NCBI RefSeq assembly: GCF_963921235.1
Contig: NC_086108.1
Location: forward strand, 45,138,001 to 45,202,000
DNA: 64,000 nt
Direction of reading: 5' to 3'
From: Mobula hypostoma
Lineage: Eukaryota
In this document: in pieces, positions 24,351 through 37,532 of the stretch
Layout: the number at the start of each line of letters is the position of its first letter
Position numbering within the stretch: the stretch's first letter is position 1
Program-made: the position numbers and the translations under genes
Notes under the pieces: generated by a model
Seen by the model: only the letters and a program-made list of their open reading frames with translations
Databases searched by the model: none
Told to the model about the DNA's origin: nothing

Positions 24351-27300
24351 AGATTCAGATTCTTTTACTTATCACAGTTACATCAAAGTATATAGTGAAA
24401 TGCATTGTTTGCATTAACAACCAACACAACCTGAGGATGAACAATAGCCAGACAGCAGTCGGGAATGTGAAAAGACATAGCTCACTCAGGCATCGACCTA
24501 CAGCAGTTTGGTGTTTGAACAGTAGCAAAGTAGTGATTGGGATTGATTGGCAAGAACAAATTTTTTTTTTTAAAAGGCAAGGACAAGCGGAGCAGCCATT
24601 GTTGGAGTGGACAGTGTTGGAGTGTTTTTTTGAGACTTTAGCTCTTCATGGCTTCAGTGAGGAGAAGCTTGCATGATAGAAGGTGAAAAAGATTTTTTTT
24701 TGGGAGGCTGAAGGGGTGATAGATAGGACATAAAAAGGTGCAAGGTACAGGAAAATGAGTGACGGTCAGGAAGGGAAAAGGGGTTAAGGAGCCAGTGCAA
24801 AGTACCTCTGTGGCCGTCTCCCTTAACAAGTATACCACTCTGGATAGCGCTGGGGGGGGGGGGTGGAGGGAAGATGACCTAGATGGTCAGGTCTGCCTCT
24901 GTGACTCAGAAGGGAAAGGGGAAGAAGCATGCTGTGGTGATAGGGGATTTGTTAGTTAGGGGACTGGACAGGAGGTTCTGTGGGCAAGAATGAGATTCCA
25001 GGGAGGTATGTTGCCTCTTGGGTGCCAGGGTCTGGGATATCTTGGATTGAGTTTTTAGCGTTCTTAAGTGGAAGTGTGAGCAGACTGTGCAGGTACCAGT
25101 GACATAGGTAGGAAGAATGATGAGGTTCTGCAAATTGAGTTCAGGGTGCTGGGTGTTAAGTTAAAGGATAGAACCTCCAGGGTTGTGATCTCAGGATTGC
25201 TACCCGAGCCATGTGCTAGTGAGGCCGGAAGTAGGAAGATCACACAGTTTTAACACTTGTCTAAGGAGTTGTGTAGAAGGGAGGGTGTCAGATTTTTGGA
25301 TTATTAGGGTTATTTTCCAGGGAAGGTGAGACGTGTACAGAAGGGACAGTTTGCACCTGAACTGGAGTGGACTAGCTAGAAGGGTTATTAGTGCTGCACA
25401 GTGAGTGGGGTTGGGGGGTGTTTAAACTAAAGTTGTAAGGGAATGGGAACTAGAGTGCCAGAACAGATAGTGGAGATGTTATGGAGACATGTTGTTAAGA
25501 CCTCAGACAAAGTCAGGAATCAATAGGTCGAATATGGTGGGACTCATGTTCTGAGTTGTGTATATTTCAATGCAAGAAGTATTGTAGGAAAGGCGAAGAG
25601 CTCAGGGCATGGATCAACACATGGAATGATGATTTTGCAACCATTAGTAGGACTTGGTTGCAGGAGGGGCAAGACTGTCAGCTCAATATTAGATGAAACA
25701 ATGCAAAAGGGATTAAAGTGGAAAGGGTGGCATTACTAGTTTGGGAAAATGTCATGGCAATGCTCCATCAGGACAGACTGGAGAGCTCGTCTAGTGAGGC
25801 TTTATGGGTGAAACTGAGGAATAAGAAAGGTATGACCATGTCAATGAGGTTATACTATAGACCACCCAATAATCCACGGGATTTAGAGGAGCGAATTTGT
25901 AGAGAGATTGCAGACTGTTGCAAGAAACATAAAGTTGTTATTGTAGGTGATTTCAACTTTCCATATATTGACTTGGACTACCATACTGTTAAAGGACTCG
26001 ATGGAATAGAGTATGTCAAAAGTGTTCAGGAAAGTTTCCTTAATCAATATGTTGAAGTCCCAATGAGAGAGTGTGCAATACTTGATCTCTTATTACTGAA
26101 TGAGACAGGGCAGGTGACAGAAGTTTGTGTAGAGTAACATTTTGCATCTAGTGATCATAATTAATTTCAAAGTAAATATGGAAAAAGATAAGTCTGCTCC
26201 ATGAGTTGAGATACTAAATTGGAGAAAGGCGTGTGGATTTGGATAGACTGTTTTCAGACAAAGTTGTATTTGGTAAGTGGAAGCCCTTCAAAAGTGAAAT
26301 TTTGAGAGTAAAAAGCTTATATGTGCCTGTCAGAATAATGGGTAAAGATAATAGATGTAGGGAACCTTGGTTTTCAAGAGTTATTGAGGCCCTGGTTAAG
26401 AAACAGAAGACTGTGCTTAGCAGGTATAGGCAGGTAGGAACAATTGAGGTACTTATGGAGTATAAGAAATGCAAAAGAACACTTAAGAAAGAAATCAGTG
26501 GGCTAAAAGAAGGCATGAGGTTGCCCTAGCACACAAGGTGAAGGAGAATCCTGAGGGAGTCTACAGATATGTTAAGTAAAAAAGGACTGTAAGGAAGAAA
26601 GTTGGTCCTCTGGAATGTCAGAATGGTAATCTATGCGTGGAGCCAGAAGAAATAGGGGAGATTTTAAATAGATTTTTTGCATCTGTATTTACTTGAGAGA
26701 TGGACACAGAGTCTGTAAAAGTGAGACAAAGCAGCAGTGACATCATGGACCATATACAGATTATAGAAGAAGAGGTGTTCGCTGTCTTGAGGCAAATTAG
26801 GGTGGATAAATCCCCAGAGCCTCACAAGGTGTTTCCTCAGACTCTGTGGGAGGCAAGTGCAGAAATTGTGGGGGTCCTAGCAGAGTTATTTAAATCATCC
26901 TTAGTGACAGCTGAGGTACCAGGGGGTTGCAGGATAGATAATGTTTTTCTATTGTTTAAGAAAAACTCTAAGAATAAGCCAGGAAATTATAGGCTGGTGA
27001 GCCTGACACCAGTAGTGGGAAGGTTATTGGAAGGCATTCTAAGGGACCAGATATATGAGTATTCGGATAGACACGGACTGGTTAGGGATAGTCATAGTCA
27101 TCATGGCTTTGTGTGTGGTAGGTCATGTCTAACCAACTTTATAGAGGTTTTCAAGGAAGTTGCCAGGAAAGGTGTTAAAGGCAAGGCATTGGATGCTGAC
27201 TACATGGACTATAGCAATGCATTTGACAAGGTCCCACATGGGAGGTTGGTCAAGAAGGTTCAGTTGCTCGGCATTCAAGACGAGGTAGTAAAGTGGATCA

Positions 27301-28800
27301 GACATTGGCTTTGTGGAAGAAGCCAGACAGTGGTAGTTGATGGTTGCCTTTCTGACTGTAACTAGTAGAGCACCGCAGGGATTGGAGCTGGGTCCGTTGT
27401 TGGTTGTTATCAATATCAATGATCTGGATGATAATGTGGTTAGCAGGATTAGCAAATTTGTGGATGACACCAAGGTTAGGGGTGTAGTGGACAGCAAGGA
27501 AGACTATTAGAGCTTGCAGCGGGATCTGGACCAGCTGGAAAAATGGGCCTGAAAAAAGGCAGATGGAAGTTAATGCTGATAAGCGCGATGTGTTACAATT
27601 TGGTAGGACTAACCAGGGTAGGTTTTGCATAGTGAATGGCAGGGCACTGAGAAATGTGGTAGAACAAAGGGATCTGGGAATACAGGTCCATAATTCATTG
27701 AAAGTGGCATTACAGGTAGATAGGGTCATAAAGCTTTTGACACATTGGCCTTCATAAATCATAAGACATTGCTGAAGCCTAATCCTAATTTGGATGTGTG
27801 CAGTTTTGGTCACCTACCTACAGGAAAGATGTAAATATGGTTGAAAGAATGCATAGAAAAGTCACAAGGATGTTGCTGGGAGTGGATGACCTGAGTTATG
27901 AGGAAAGATTGAATGGGTTAGAACTTTGTTTCTTGAAATGTAAAAGACTGAGGGAAGATTTGATAGAGGTATACAAAATTATGAAGAGTGTTGATAGCGT
28001 AAGTGCAAGCAGGCTTTTTCCACTAAGGTTGGATGGGACTACAACTGGAGGACAAGGGTTCAGGAGGTGAAATGTTTAAGGGGAACATGAGGGGAAACTT
28101 CTTCACTCAGATGGTCATGAGAATGTAGGATGATCTGCCAATGTAAGTGGTGCATTTGAGCTCGATTTCAACATTTTAGAGAAGTTTGGGTAGGTACATG
28201 AATGGTCTGGAGGGCTATGGTCCAGATGCAGGTCAATGGGACTAGGTAGTTTAAATAGCTCTGCATGAACTAGATGGGCTCCTGTTTCAGTGCTGTACTT
28301 TTCTATGGCTTTATGTGCTGAGGGCAGCTTGCAAGTGCTGATACACGTTCCAGCACCAACATAACATACCTACAATGCTTCGCAGAATAACATAGAGTAC
28401 ACAAAAGAGAACATAACAAATAAAACAAAAACAGCAAAACAAACTTCATTTCTCTCTCCCACCCACACACATACAGTCTTCCAACCCCAGGGCAAGCCGT
28501 CTTCTGCCTCCAGTAGACTTCACAGATATTTGGCTTCAACTTCCCCAGTGGACTTGCAGATCCAGGTTTTCTGGAGTTTCGATTGACCTTTGGGCTTCTG
28601 TCTTCTCCAGGACTTTCTGATGATGACCAATAAGGACCCTAGATGCAAACACTAGGCTCGAATTCCAGACTCCCCACTGACAGGATCTCGGACACCCAGC
28701 CTCGAATTCCAGACTCACCAATGACAGAACCCTGGACACTTGGCCTCGAACCGTGCTCTCGCCAACTTGTGTCCTTGGGGGAGACCCCAGCCCTCATCCT
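24351..28800 (-). mobile_element. Retroposon with a Rex-like tail, split by a CR1 (pieces 24351-24439 and 28314-28800)
   Basis: gattcagattc tail; caacacaacctgaggatg|tgctgagggcagc joins when the CR1 is removed. Confidence 0.6.
24440..28313 (+). mobile_element. Near full-length, inactivated CR1 LINE (ORF1 esterase plus ORF2 APE-RT)
   Basis: ORF1 remnant 24759-24959; APE 25718-26137 (YYRPP, VGDFNFP, ILDL); RT 26700-27365 (KPGNYR.VSLT, SCLTN, AFDKVPH); C-terminus 27798-28070; ctatgg-like tail. Confidence 0.93.
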
Positions 28801-29456
28801 TGCTAGTCTGGTGGCCCAACATCCAACCATGGATGTACCATGTCCGTGTCGCTGGGAAGTATTCATAGGTAAATGTTGCAGTTTGTGGATTGGAGACATA
28901 CCAGTTGTGATTTACTTTTCAATTGGTTTTACAAATTAGTAATTTTTCCTAAGTTCATTTCCAACAGTACCCAGCTTGTTTTGATAATACTGAAAATATA
29001 CAGTGGGCCAATCAGCATCTGAAAGGAAAAGAAAACAAAAGCTACATTTGCTCATCTAGACCCAATTCTTTACATATGAATTTGAAAATATTTAACCATT
29101 TTGGCATTAGCAACAAGTCCAAACATATTCACAGAAATCAGCAAAGGATTACCTAAAAGTAATCAAAAGGGTGATATAAAGAATATGAATAAATGACAAA
29201 AAAATAAATGCAGGTACTCAGAATTTCTGTAATATGTGAAACAGAGGAGAGCAGTGAAAATAGAGACCCTTGTGAGGATGAGAGTTTGTGGTACGCTCGT
29301 TTTGAGGTGGAAAATGACGTGGCAGCGAGGAAGACCACCCCCCTCCAAATGACCAGGTGCTGTGTCTTACCATGGCTGATGTGAGGAGAACCCTGTGCAG
29401 GGTCAACCCACAGAAAGCTGCTGGACCAGAGAATATTCCTGGCAGAGTGCTTAGAG

Positions 29457-30716
29457 CAGTGGTCCCCAACCACCGGGCCGCAAAGCATGTGCTACCAGGC
29501 CACGAGGAAACAATATGATTTGGCGATATGAGTCAGCTGCACCTTTCCTCATTCCCAGTCATGCCCACTGTTGAGCTTGAACGCATGCGAGGTCATTACA
29601 CATGCATCATCCATGTCAGCACGGGGAGAAGATCAACTCCTTGAGCTTGCAAATGGCGGCAGGCTGAAAAGTATGTTTGACATAACATCTCTGCCGGCAT
29701 TCTGGATCAGAGTCAAGGCTAAATATCCTGAGATAGCCATGAAAGCACTGAAAATGTTGCTTCCATTTCCAACATATCTCTGCGAAGTGGAGTTTTCTGC
29801 AATGAATGCAACGAAAACTAAATTGCAGAATACACTGGACATAAGGAACACCCTTCGAGTATCGCTGTCTCATTGCAGGGAAACAAGCCCAGGGCTCCCA
29901 CTGATTCAGGGATATTGGTGTGTTGCAATGATTTTATATGTTCATACAGGGAAAATATGTGCTGTGTGTTCAATATCCAAACGTTACTTAAAATGTTATG
30001 ATGCTATTGACTTATAAATGACTTATCACTATATTCATGCGAGGAAAATATGCGCTGTGTGTTTAATATTAAATTCGTTACATAAACCCTTTTAGAAATG
30101 AAATTGAGTGTGTTAGCCACTTATAAGTGACTTATCACCTATATTCCGGTCATGATTAACACCCCCCCAGGGTTGCCAACAGTCTCGTATTAGCCGGGAC
30201 ATCCAGTATATTGGGCTAAATTGGTTTGTCCCATACAAGACTGCCCTTGTCCTGTATTTCCCCCGATACGGTAGAGAGTTCCTATGAAATCTTTCGTGCC
30301 GAAATGGCGTAAAGCGAAGAAACAGTTACCATTAATTTATACGGGGAAAATTTTTGAGCGTTCCCAGACCCAAAAAATAACCTACCAAATAACACTAAAA
30401 CCTAAAATAACACTAACATATAGTAAAAGCATGAATGATATGATAAATACACAGCCTATATAAAGTAGAAATAATGTATGTACAGTGTAGTTTCACTGAA
30501 CGGAATCGCCAGAAATGACTTGTAGAAAAAAATCGGCACGTACACGCATGCGCACACAGGTGCCCGCGTAAGGCTTCATGGTCATGGTAGTCTTTCTCGG
30601 GGTAAACACTACATATTGGACTACTACTCTTGTTCATTGTCAAACTCACCCCAGTCCGCAAAAATATTGTCAATAATAAACCGGTCTGCTGTGCAAAAAC
30701 GGTTGGGGACCCCCTG
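29457..30716 (+). mobile_element. hAT Charlie/Buster-type non-autonomous composite element
   Basis: TIRs cagtggtccccaacc / ggttggggacccctg-like; 8-bp TSD gcttagag at 29449-29456 and 30717-30724; ORF 29571-30017 (FW..K..YPEIA.KAL..LLPF.TYLCE..FS) matches a hAT C-terminal dimerisation domain. Confidence 0.92.
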
Positions 30717-30728
30717 GCTTAGAGATGT

Positions 30729-32022
30729 GTGGACCAGCTAGCAGAGATTCTCACTGACATTTTCAGCATCTCCCTGAGCATCGCCGTTGTTCCTACGTGC
30801 TTCAAGGCTGCCACCATTGTCCCTGTGCCGAAGAAGTCTTCAGTGTTCTGCCTCAACGACTGTCGTCCCATTGCTGTCACATCCATCATCATGAAATGTT
30901 TCGAAAGGCTCGTCATGAGGCACATCAAGACCCTGCTGCCCCCCTCACTGAACCCCCTGCAGTTCGTGTACTGTCCCAACCGTTCAACAGACAATGCCAT
31001 TGCCATCACCCTCCACCTGGCCCTAACCCACCTGGACAAAAAAGACACGTATGTTCGAATGCTGTTCATAGACTTCAGTTCAGCATTCAACACAATCATT
31101 CCTCAGAGACTGATTGGAAAGCTGAGCCTATTGGGCCTGAATACCTCCCTCTGCAACTGGATCCTAGACTTCCTGAGTGGGAGACCTCAGTCAGTCAGGA
31201 TTGGAAGCAGCATCTCCAACACCATCACACTGAGCACGGGGGACCCCCCAGGACTGTGTGCTCAGTCCACTGCTGTTCACTCTGCTGACCCACGACTGTG
31301 CTGCAACACACAGCTCGAACCACATCATCAAGTTCGCCGATGACACGATCGTGGTGGGTCTTATCAGCAAGAGCGATGAGTCAGCATACAGAGAAGAGGT
31401 GCAGCGGCTAATGTACTGGTGCAGAGCCAAGAACCTGTCTCTGAATGTGAACAAAACAAAAGAGATGGTTGTTGACTTCAGGAGGACATGGAGCGACCAC
31501 TCTCTGCTGAACATCGACAACTCCTCCATAGAGATCGTTAACAGCACCAAATTTCTTGGTGTTCACCTGGCGGAGAATCTCACCTGGTCCCTCAACACCA
31601 GCTCCATAGCAAAGAAAGCCCAGCAGCGTCTCTACTTTCTGCGAAGGCTGGGAAAAGTCCATCTCCCACCCCCCATCCTCACCACATTCTACAGAGGTTG
31701 TAGTGAGAGCATCCTGAGCAGCTGCATCACTGCCTGGTTTGGAAATTGCACCATCTCGGATCGCAAGACCCTGCAGCAGATAGTGAGGTCAGCTGAGAAG
31801 ATCATCGGGGTCTCTCTTCCCGCCATTACAGACATTTACGCCACATGCTGCAGCCATAAAGCAAGCAGCATTATGAAGGTCCCCACGCACCCCTCATACA
31901 AGCTCTTCTCCCTCTTGCCGTCTGGCAAAAGGCACCAAAGCATTTGGGGTCTCATGGCCAGACTATGTAACAGTTTCTTCCTCCAAGCCATCAGACTCCT
32001 CAATACCCAGAGCCTGGACTGA
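30729..32022 (+). pseudogene. Rex/Babar reverse transcriptase, frameshifted near 31240-31255
   Basis: Two overlapping ORFs of 204 and 254 aa that join at the GxPQG motif. Confidence 0.88.
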
Positions 32023-32704
32023 CACTAACCTACTGCCCTCTACTATGCCTATTGTCCTGTTTATTATTTATTGTAATGTCTGCACTGTTTTGTGCACTTT
32101 ATGCAGTCCTGGGTAGGTCTGTAGTCTAGTGTAGTTTTGGGTTGTTTTTAGGTAGTTCAGTGTAGTTTTTGTATTGTTTCATGTAGCACCATGGTCCTGA
32201 AAAACTTTGTCTCTTTTCTACTGTGTACTGTACCAGCAGTTATGGTCGAAATAACAATAAAAAGTGACTTGACTTGACTTGAGACATTACAGACAACTCC
32301 TGCATTAAGGGGGGTGACGGTGGGGGGCCTGGTTCCCAGAAAGTGGTATAAATTGTGATTTTCCATAATGGGCTGTGTCAACTGTGCTTGTGTCAAGAAA
32401 CACAAGTTGAAAAAATAAATGTTGTGCTTATTCGTTTACTTTTTTTCCATAGATTCTGAGAGAGTGATTTTTATTCTGCACCTCAGTTTTGAATAATGAG
32501 CTGTGAATTCGGTTAGGACAAATTTCCATTACTGTACTTGAATGTCGGAGTTTTACCAATATAGAAGGAAAAAGAAAATATCTAAGATGTTAAATGAATA
32601 TTTTGTATGTATTTTAACTATGAAGATATTATAAATAGTGAAGAAATCACAAGCCTAATAAAGGTGAAAAACCTGAAATAGTTAAATAGGAAATGAGTAA
32701 GTGG

Positions 32705-32965
32705 ATGGCATGGTGGCATAGCTACTCCGAGCTCCAGCAGTCTGGGTCTGAACCTAATCTGTGGTGCTTCTTGTGTTTTCCCTATGATGGCATAGATCTC
32801 CTCTGGACACTTTCCTTGGTTTTCTTCCACATGCCAAAAGGTGTGCAGGTTAGAAGGCAAATTAACCACTGTAAATTGCCCACAGCAAATTGATGCTGGC
32901 GTAATCGAGTGCTGAGTGGTCAGCATGGACTCAATGGGCTGGAGGCACTGTTCCTGTGCTGTGTG
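32705..32965 (+). mobile_element. V-SINE/HE1-type SINE
   Basis: ggcatggtggcatagc head; ggttttcttccacatgccaaaaggtgtgcaggttag; atgggctggaggcactgttcctgtgctgt tail. Confidence 0.7.
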
Positions 32966-35900
32966 GCTGAAAGAAAAATACACTGGGAATTTTAATTAAA
33001 TTAAAAGACAACAAAGCTTTTAAATAACATCCAATGTTCCTTGTGTTCTCTTTAAATATATAGCTGTAGAAATAGCAAATGCTCTAGTGTTGATTGCCTA
33101 AAATTCCCTCAGTTCCACATGTATTTTCCTGAACCAAAGCTTCCTCAAGCTTCCAGCATCCTTATTATTTTTTTTTTAAAACTGCAGTACTGTTTCTTCT
33201 GTTCCAACTCATCCATTTTCATCCCCTGAAGAGAAGCATGCACCATTTCCTGACACACCGTAGGTATTCCCTATTTTTAAAATGCTGGTTCTGTCCTTCA
33301 CCTTTAAATGGTTCTTTCTTGGGATTTGTGTGGTTTTTGTTTTTCTGGGCTAGTGTGTTTACTAATTGAGCCTCCTAGATTTGTGTTCTGGAAATAACAA
33401 ATTTAGACACTTTGAGTTCAAATTATTTTTATTCAGTGAACTTTATCAGCACACCTTTAGCCGCAGAAGATGTGCTTTATACACGACAAACCACTTAACT
33501 TCAGTATGCATCTCATCACAAAAAACACTCAAGTAGATGACCTTCTTGGAGGATGCTAATTAATATGGAAATTTGCACCACGTATGAAACACCGCTTTGT
33601 GACAATTATGTGGGTGTATTTTTAACTGACTTGAATTTTCCTAAATGTAGTGTTTATTTTGGTTACTTTTCTTTTTAAAGAAATCTTTTAAGCATGAAAT
33701 GTTTTGCGATGTGTAATTACAGAAATCTGTGTGGTTTTGTTTGCTCAAAGCTTCTGGTATTGCAGTTTGTGAATAACATTACTGTTTCCTGCCTCACCAG
33801 TAGCAACAACAGTTGCAACAGTGTCTCTGATATTTGCCATATTCAGAGGAGCAGCTTTTGAAGGTCTATTGTGCTAAGGTGTATATGTGCATGTATGTTA
33901 GATGTGCACAGTGATATACAATTTTCCATTTCAGTACCCAAATTATCAGCTGTCCTGCTGGCTTGGTACCTGGCCCATAATTTATAAATGCCATATGAAC
34001 TAGCCATCTGAAGGATCTATTGTCCTTTTTGAAGCTGAATTTCTTAAGGCGTGTTAAATTATTTAAGGCGGTAATAATTGATTAATTTCAGGTAGCAAGG
34101 CCACATGATACAAAAGAATTGAAAAATCACACGGTGTAGCAAATTTACACTTGGATGCATTCGATACGGTCCTGATGAGTGATGTGGTTTCATACACGTA
34201 GAATGCTGCAAACTCAGAGATTCCCAGTTTAATGGAGAAATTTTCAGAAAAAGTAGTTGACTCTGGTGTAGTCACCACCTATAGAAAGGAGATGGAAGTA
34301 CAGGGAGAATAAATTGAAGAGTTTATAGAGCAAGGCAAAGATTGAATGATAAAGATTCAGTTGATAGTAAGCTAACTGGCAACCAGTTGATCTCTTGTTA
34401 TGACCTGCAGGAGGGTAAGTGTAATTTGAGAGCCAGACCTCACTGTTTTCTGGGTAGCAGGCTGTTGATGGGCATTAATTATCTGAGGCACCCTGCCAGT
34501 CCTGCTTTAGTGTTGGGGAGGAGTGGTAGCTTGGAGGCTGGCTTGGCCTTTCTCATGGTACCACAATACACAGATTTATACCTGCCACCCGTTTCAGCTT
34601 CATCACGGCTGAATCTTGATCAAGAACGTATGTTTTGCACTTACCTAGTCATTACATTTGAGTCCTTGAATGGCTAAGTTTAACATTGCAAATGTTCTTC
34701 CCACCTAATGTCAGTCAAATAAGAGTAGACATAAGGGACAATCACCAAACCAAACTGATGAACAGATATGTGGGTTACTCTCTATTGGGTTAGTTACCAT
34801 CACATTATCAATTTTGATATTTCAGTATTTATCCTGTGCATTTCACTCAACAGTCTTTTGAAATGAGAGAGTATCCGTCCATGATTTCCAGGAGTTGGAA
34901 TAGAACTTATGATGATACAGATTGCACTATTAGCCTTTTCTTAAAATCTTATGTTTTTTTTTAGTAACTTCTGTGTACTTGATTATGGAATAGAAGTGAA
35001 CACCGAAGTACTCAGGTATAAAGAACCCTGCAATCTGTTGTTATTATAGGAATGAATTGTACAATCATAGTAAAGATTTATTGCATTATTTCATTAGATT
35101 TTGACTTACAGTTTGATCTCAATGCAGTAACTTTAGCTTGAAGAGCAACTTTCTTTTTTGGAGATGAAAATAACAGGTCATCTTCAGATTGGGAGAGCTA
35201 TGGGAAGATTTCAATACAGCAGATATTGATATCCCTTAGTGGCATAGGCACCTAAAGAAGGAAATGGATATTAAGAAGTTAGGGAATTCCGGAATGTAAA
35301 GTCTAAAGCATTGCTACTTGTAGTGAGTGCTTGCAGGAGGAGATGCACTAAAAAGGAATCTATCTGTGAGAAGGGAGTTTTGAATTTGAGGTCTTTGAAG
35401 ACCTGAAGTCAATATTGATCAGAAGGAAAGTGCTATGAAGGTTACAACATAGAATGTAAAACAATTTTTTGAGAGGTATTTCTAGCTGACATACAAGGCT
35501 CAGAATAGAGGAAAAGCAGAGTCATAGAGACTTATAAAGATTAAAGTGGGCACTTCCGACCACCCCATCCATGCCAACTGTTTTGTCCTTCTATAATAAT
35601 CCCATTTGCCCAGAGTTTGTGGACATAGTGGTTAAGTAAAGCAAAGCTTGGAATTAAACACTTGTATGCAATGCATGTTTTAAAAAAAAGATTCAATGCA
35701 GGAAGCTTTGAGGACTAACGATTAAAATATTTAGAGTAGGAATGATATATGATCATCATTGACCATGGAGTCTTAGATAAGTATCTATGGTTAGAAACTG
35801 ATTATTTATTTTAAAACAGATTTTTCTGTGGGCCTCACAGAAAGGATATTACTGTTTACTAGATAATAGGTAGTTTTTAATTGTTTAAATTAGTTTACTT

Positions 35901-36804
35901 AAAGACTCTCATTCAAAATAAACTTAAATTATAGAGTGTTCAACTACTTTCAAATCTGTTCGACCATTTAAAGTTGTGGTTTTGATGCCATTCATTTGAT
36001 AGGAAGGAGACAGAATTTTTCTTCAACAATGAGAAGTTTTTTCCCCACATAATTCATGTTTGGTAATCAGTAGGGCCATTTTTTCTTCAATTGTGCATTA
36101 GCTCTATAAACAGCGTATGCTAAACAAATGTGAATACATCAGAAAAGAGGTGAAATGCAATTTTTTTAAACACACAACTGATGACCATGGCTATACAACC
36201 TGTAGAGGAGAGAGTCTGGATTATGTGTGTTGCCTGGTTGCCATTTGCTTTTGGGATTTGCATTGACATTATTAAAGAGTGCCATATTTAGAAGGCTGGA
36301 GCATTTTATTCCACAGACATCAGTTAGATAAAAATAATCATTTGCATTCAGTGGTATGAATTGTGTAATGTTTAACAAATATGCATTTTTCTTCAGTTTT
36401 TGTTCTATTTTAGACATTCTCAAATGCTGGACTATCTGGAGTCATTGGGAATAGTTGTAATGTTGCCCAGAATGACCAATGGTGTTTATTTATTGAGATT
36501 CTTTGCATATCATGTAAATGTTTCCAAGCTCTGAAACAGTACCATAACAAAAGACTAATGGCTTCTAGCAATTTCAAGTAACAATTAAAATTCACTGCAA
36601 ACATTTCACAAAGAATATCCAGCTTTTACATTCAGTTTCCTGAGTCCAAAAACGATGCTTGGAAGACGTTGAAAATTACCAGATCATGTGATTTTTCCAG
36701 GAAACCTTGGTGACCTCAAAAACACATAATGGTTTGTTTATCTAAGGGACTCAGGAGACCACAACTTGATTTGGGACTCTTATACTGAACTGAATGCCAA
36801 TGAT

Positions 36805-36980
36805 CTGGGTCAGGATGAGAATCAGGTTTTATTGTCAGGCTTAGAGGATGTGAAATGTGTGGTTTTGCAGCAGCAGTATAGTGCAAAGACATAACATTAC
36901 TATAAAAATAAGTAAATAGTGCAAAAAAAAGAATAATCAAGTTGTGTTCATGGACTGATGGACCATTCAGAAATCTGATT
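36805..36980 (-). mobile_element. Rex/Babar-type 3'UTR fragment
   Basis: agaatcaggtttattgtc..gaaatgtgtggttttgcagcagcagt. Confidence 0.65.
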
Positions 36981-37532
36981 ATGGAGTTCCTGTGTAGTTT
37001 CGCACCCATGAGGCTCTAATATTTTGAACAGCTAGCAGCACAACCCCCTCATCCCACTCCTGCCTAACACGTCCGTTCCATCTCCTTCAGGATTTGTCTT
37101 TGGCAATGGAGAGCGAGAGAATGCGCAATAATCTTACAGCACTTTTTTTTATAACGTTGATTGGTTTGTGATGCTTCGCCAAGTTATTATTAGAAAGAAC
37201 TTTTTGAGCATCTGAGGGGATAATAGGCACACTGTTTGGTGTAATACTACAGAATGGTTCAGAAGGATACAGATCGATCTGATGTTTGGTTGATTGCGGA
37301 GTTGGGCACTGTGTTTTTCTTATTTCTTTTACTATGGAGGGGAAAAGTGCCAATAAGACTTTCTGCTTTTGGTTGTAGTGCAGAAGGACAACTATCTTCT
37401 TATACTGAGGAGAGAATTCTACCATATACTTTTGCAATTTCCTTATTTTTGTAGAAGTGTAAAATTCAAAACCACCTCCCCAGATCAGAATTCACCCTAA
37501 AATTGAATACCATACAAAGCTACAGACCAATC

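Larger units (their letters stand above)
29280..32281 (+). mobile_element. Rex1/Babar LINE, 5'-truncated, RT largely intact, interrupted by a hAT element
   Basis: [14 protein letters not shown] before 29457 continues as [11 protein letters not shown]; ORFs 30729-31343 and 31258-32022 ([26 protein letters not shown]); (gactt)n tail. Confidence 0.93.

Noticed and set aside
29571..30017. ZBED5/SCAND3-like host gene
   Set aside because: C-terminal fragment lying inside a TIR/TSD-bounded element
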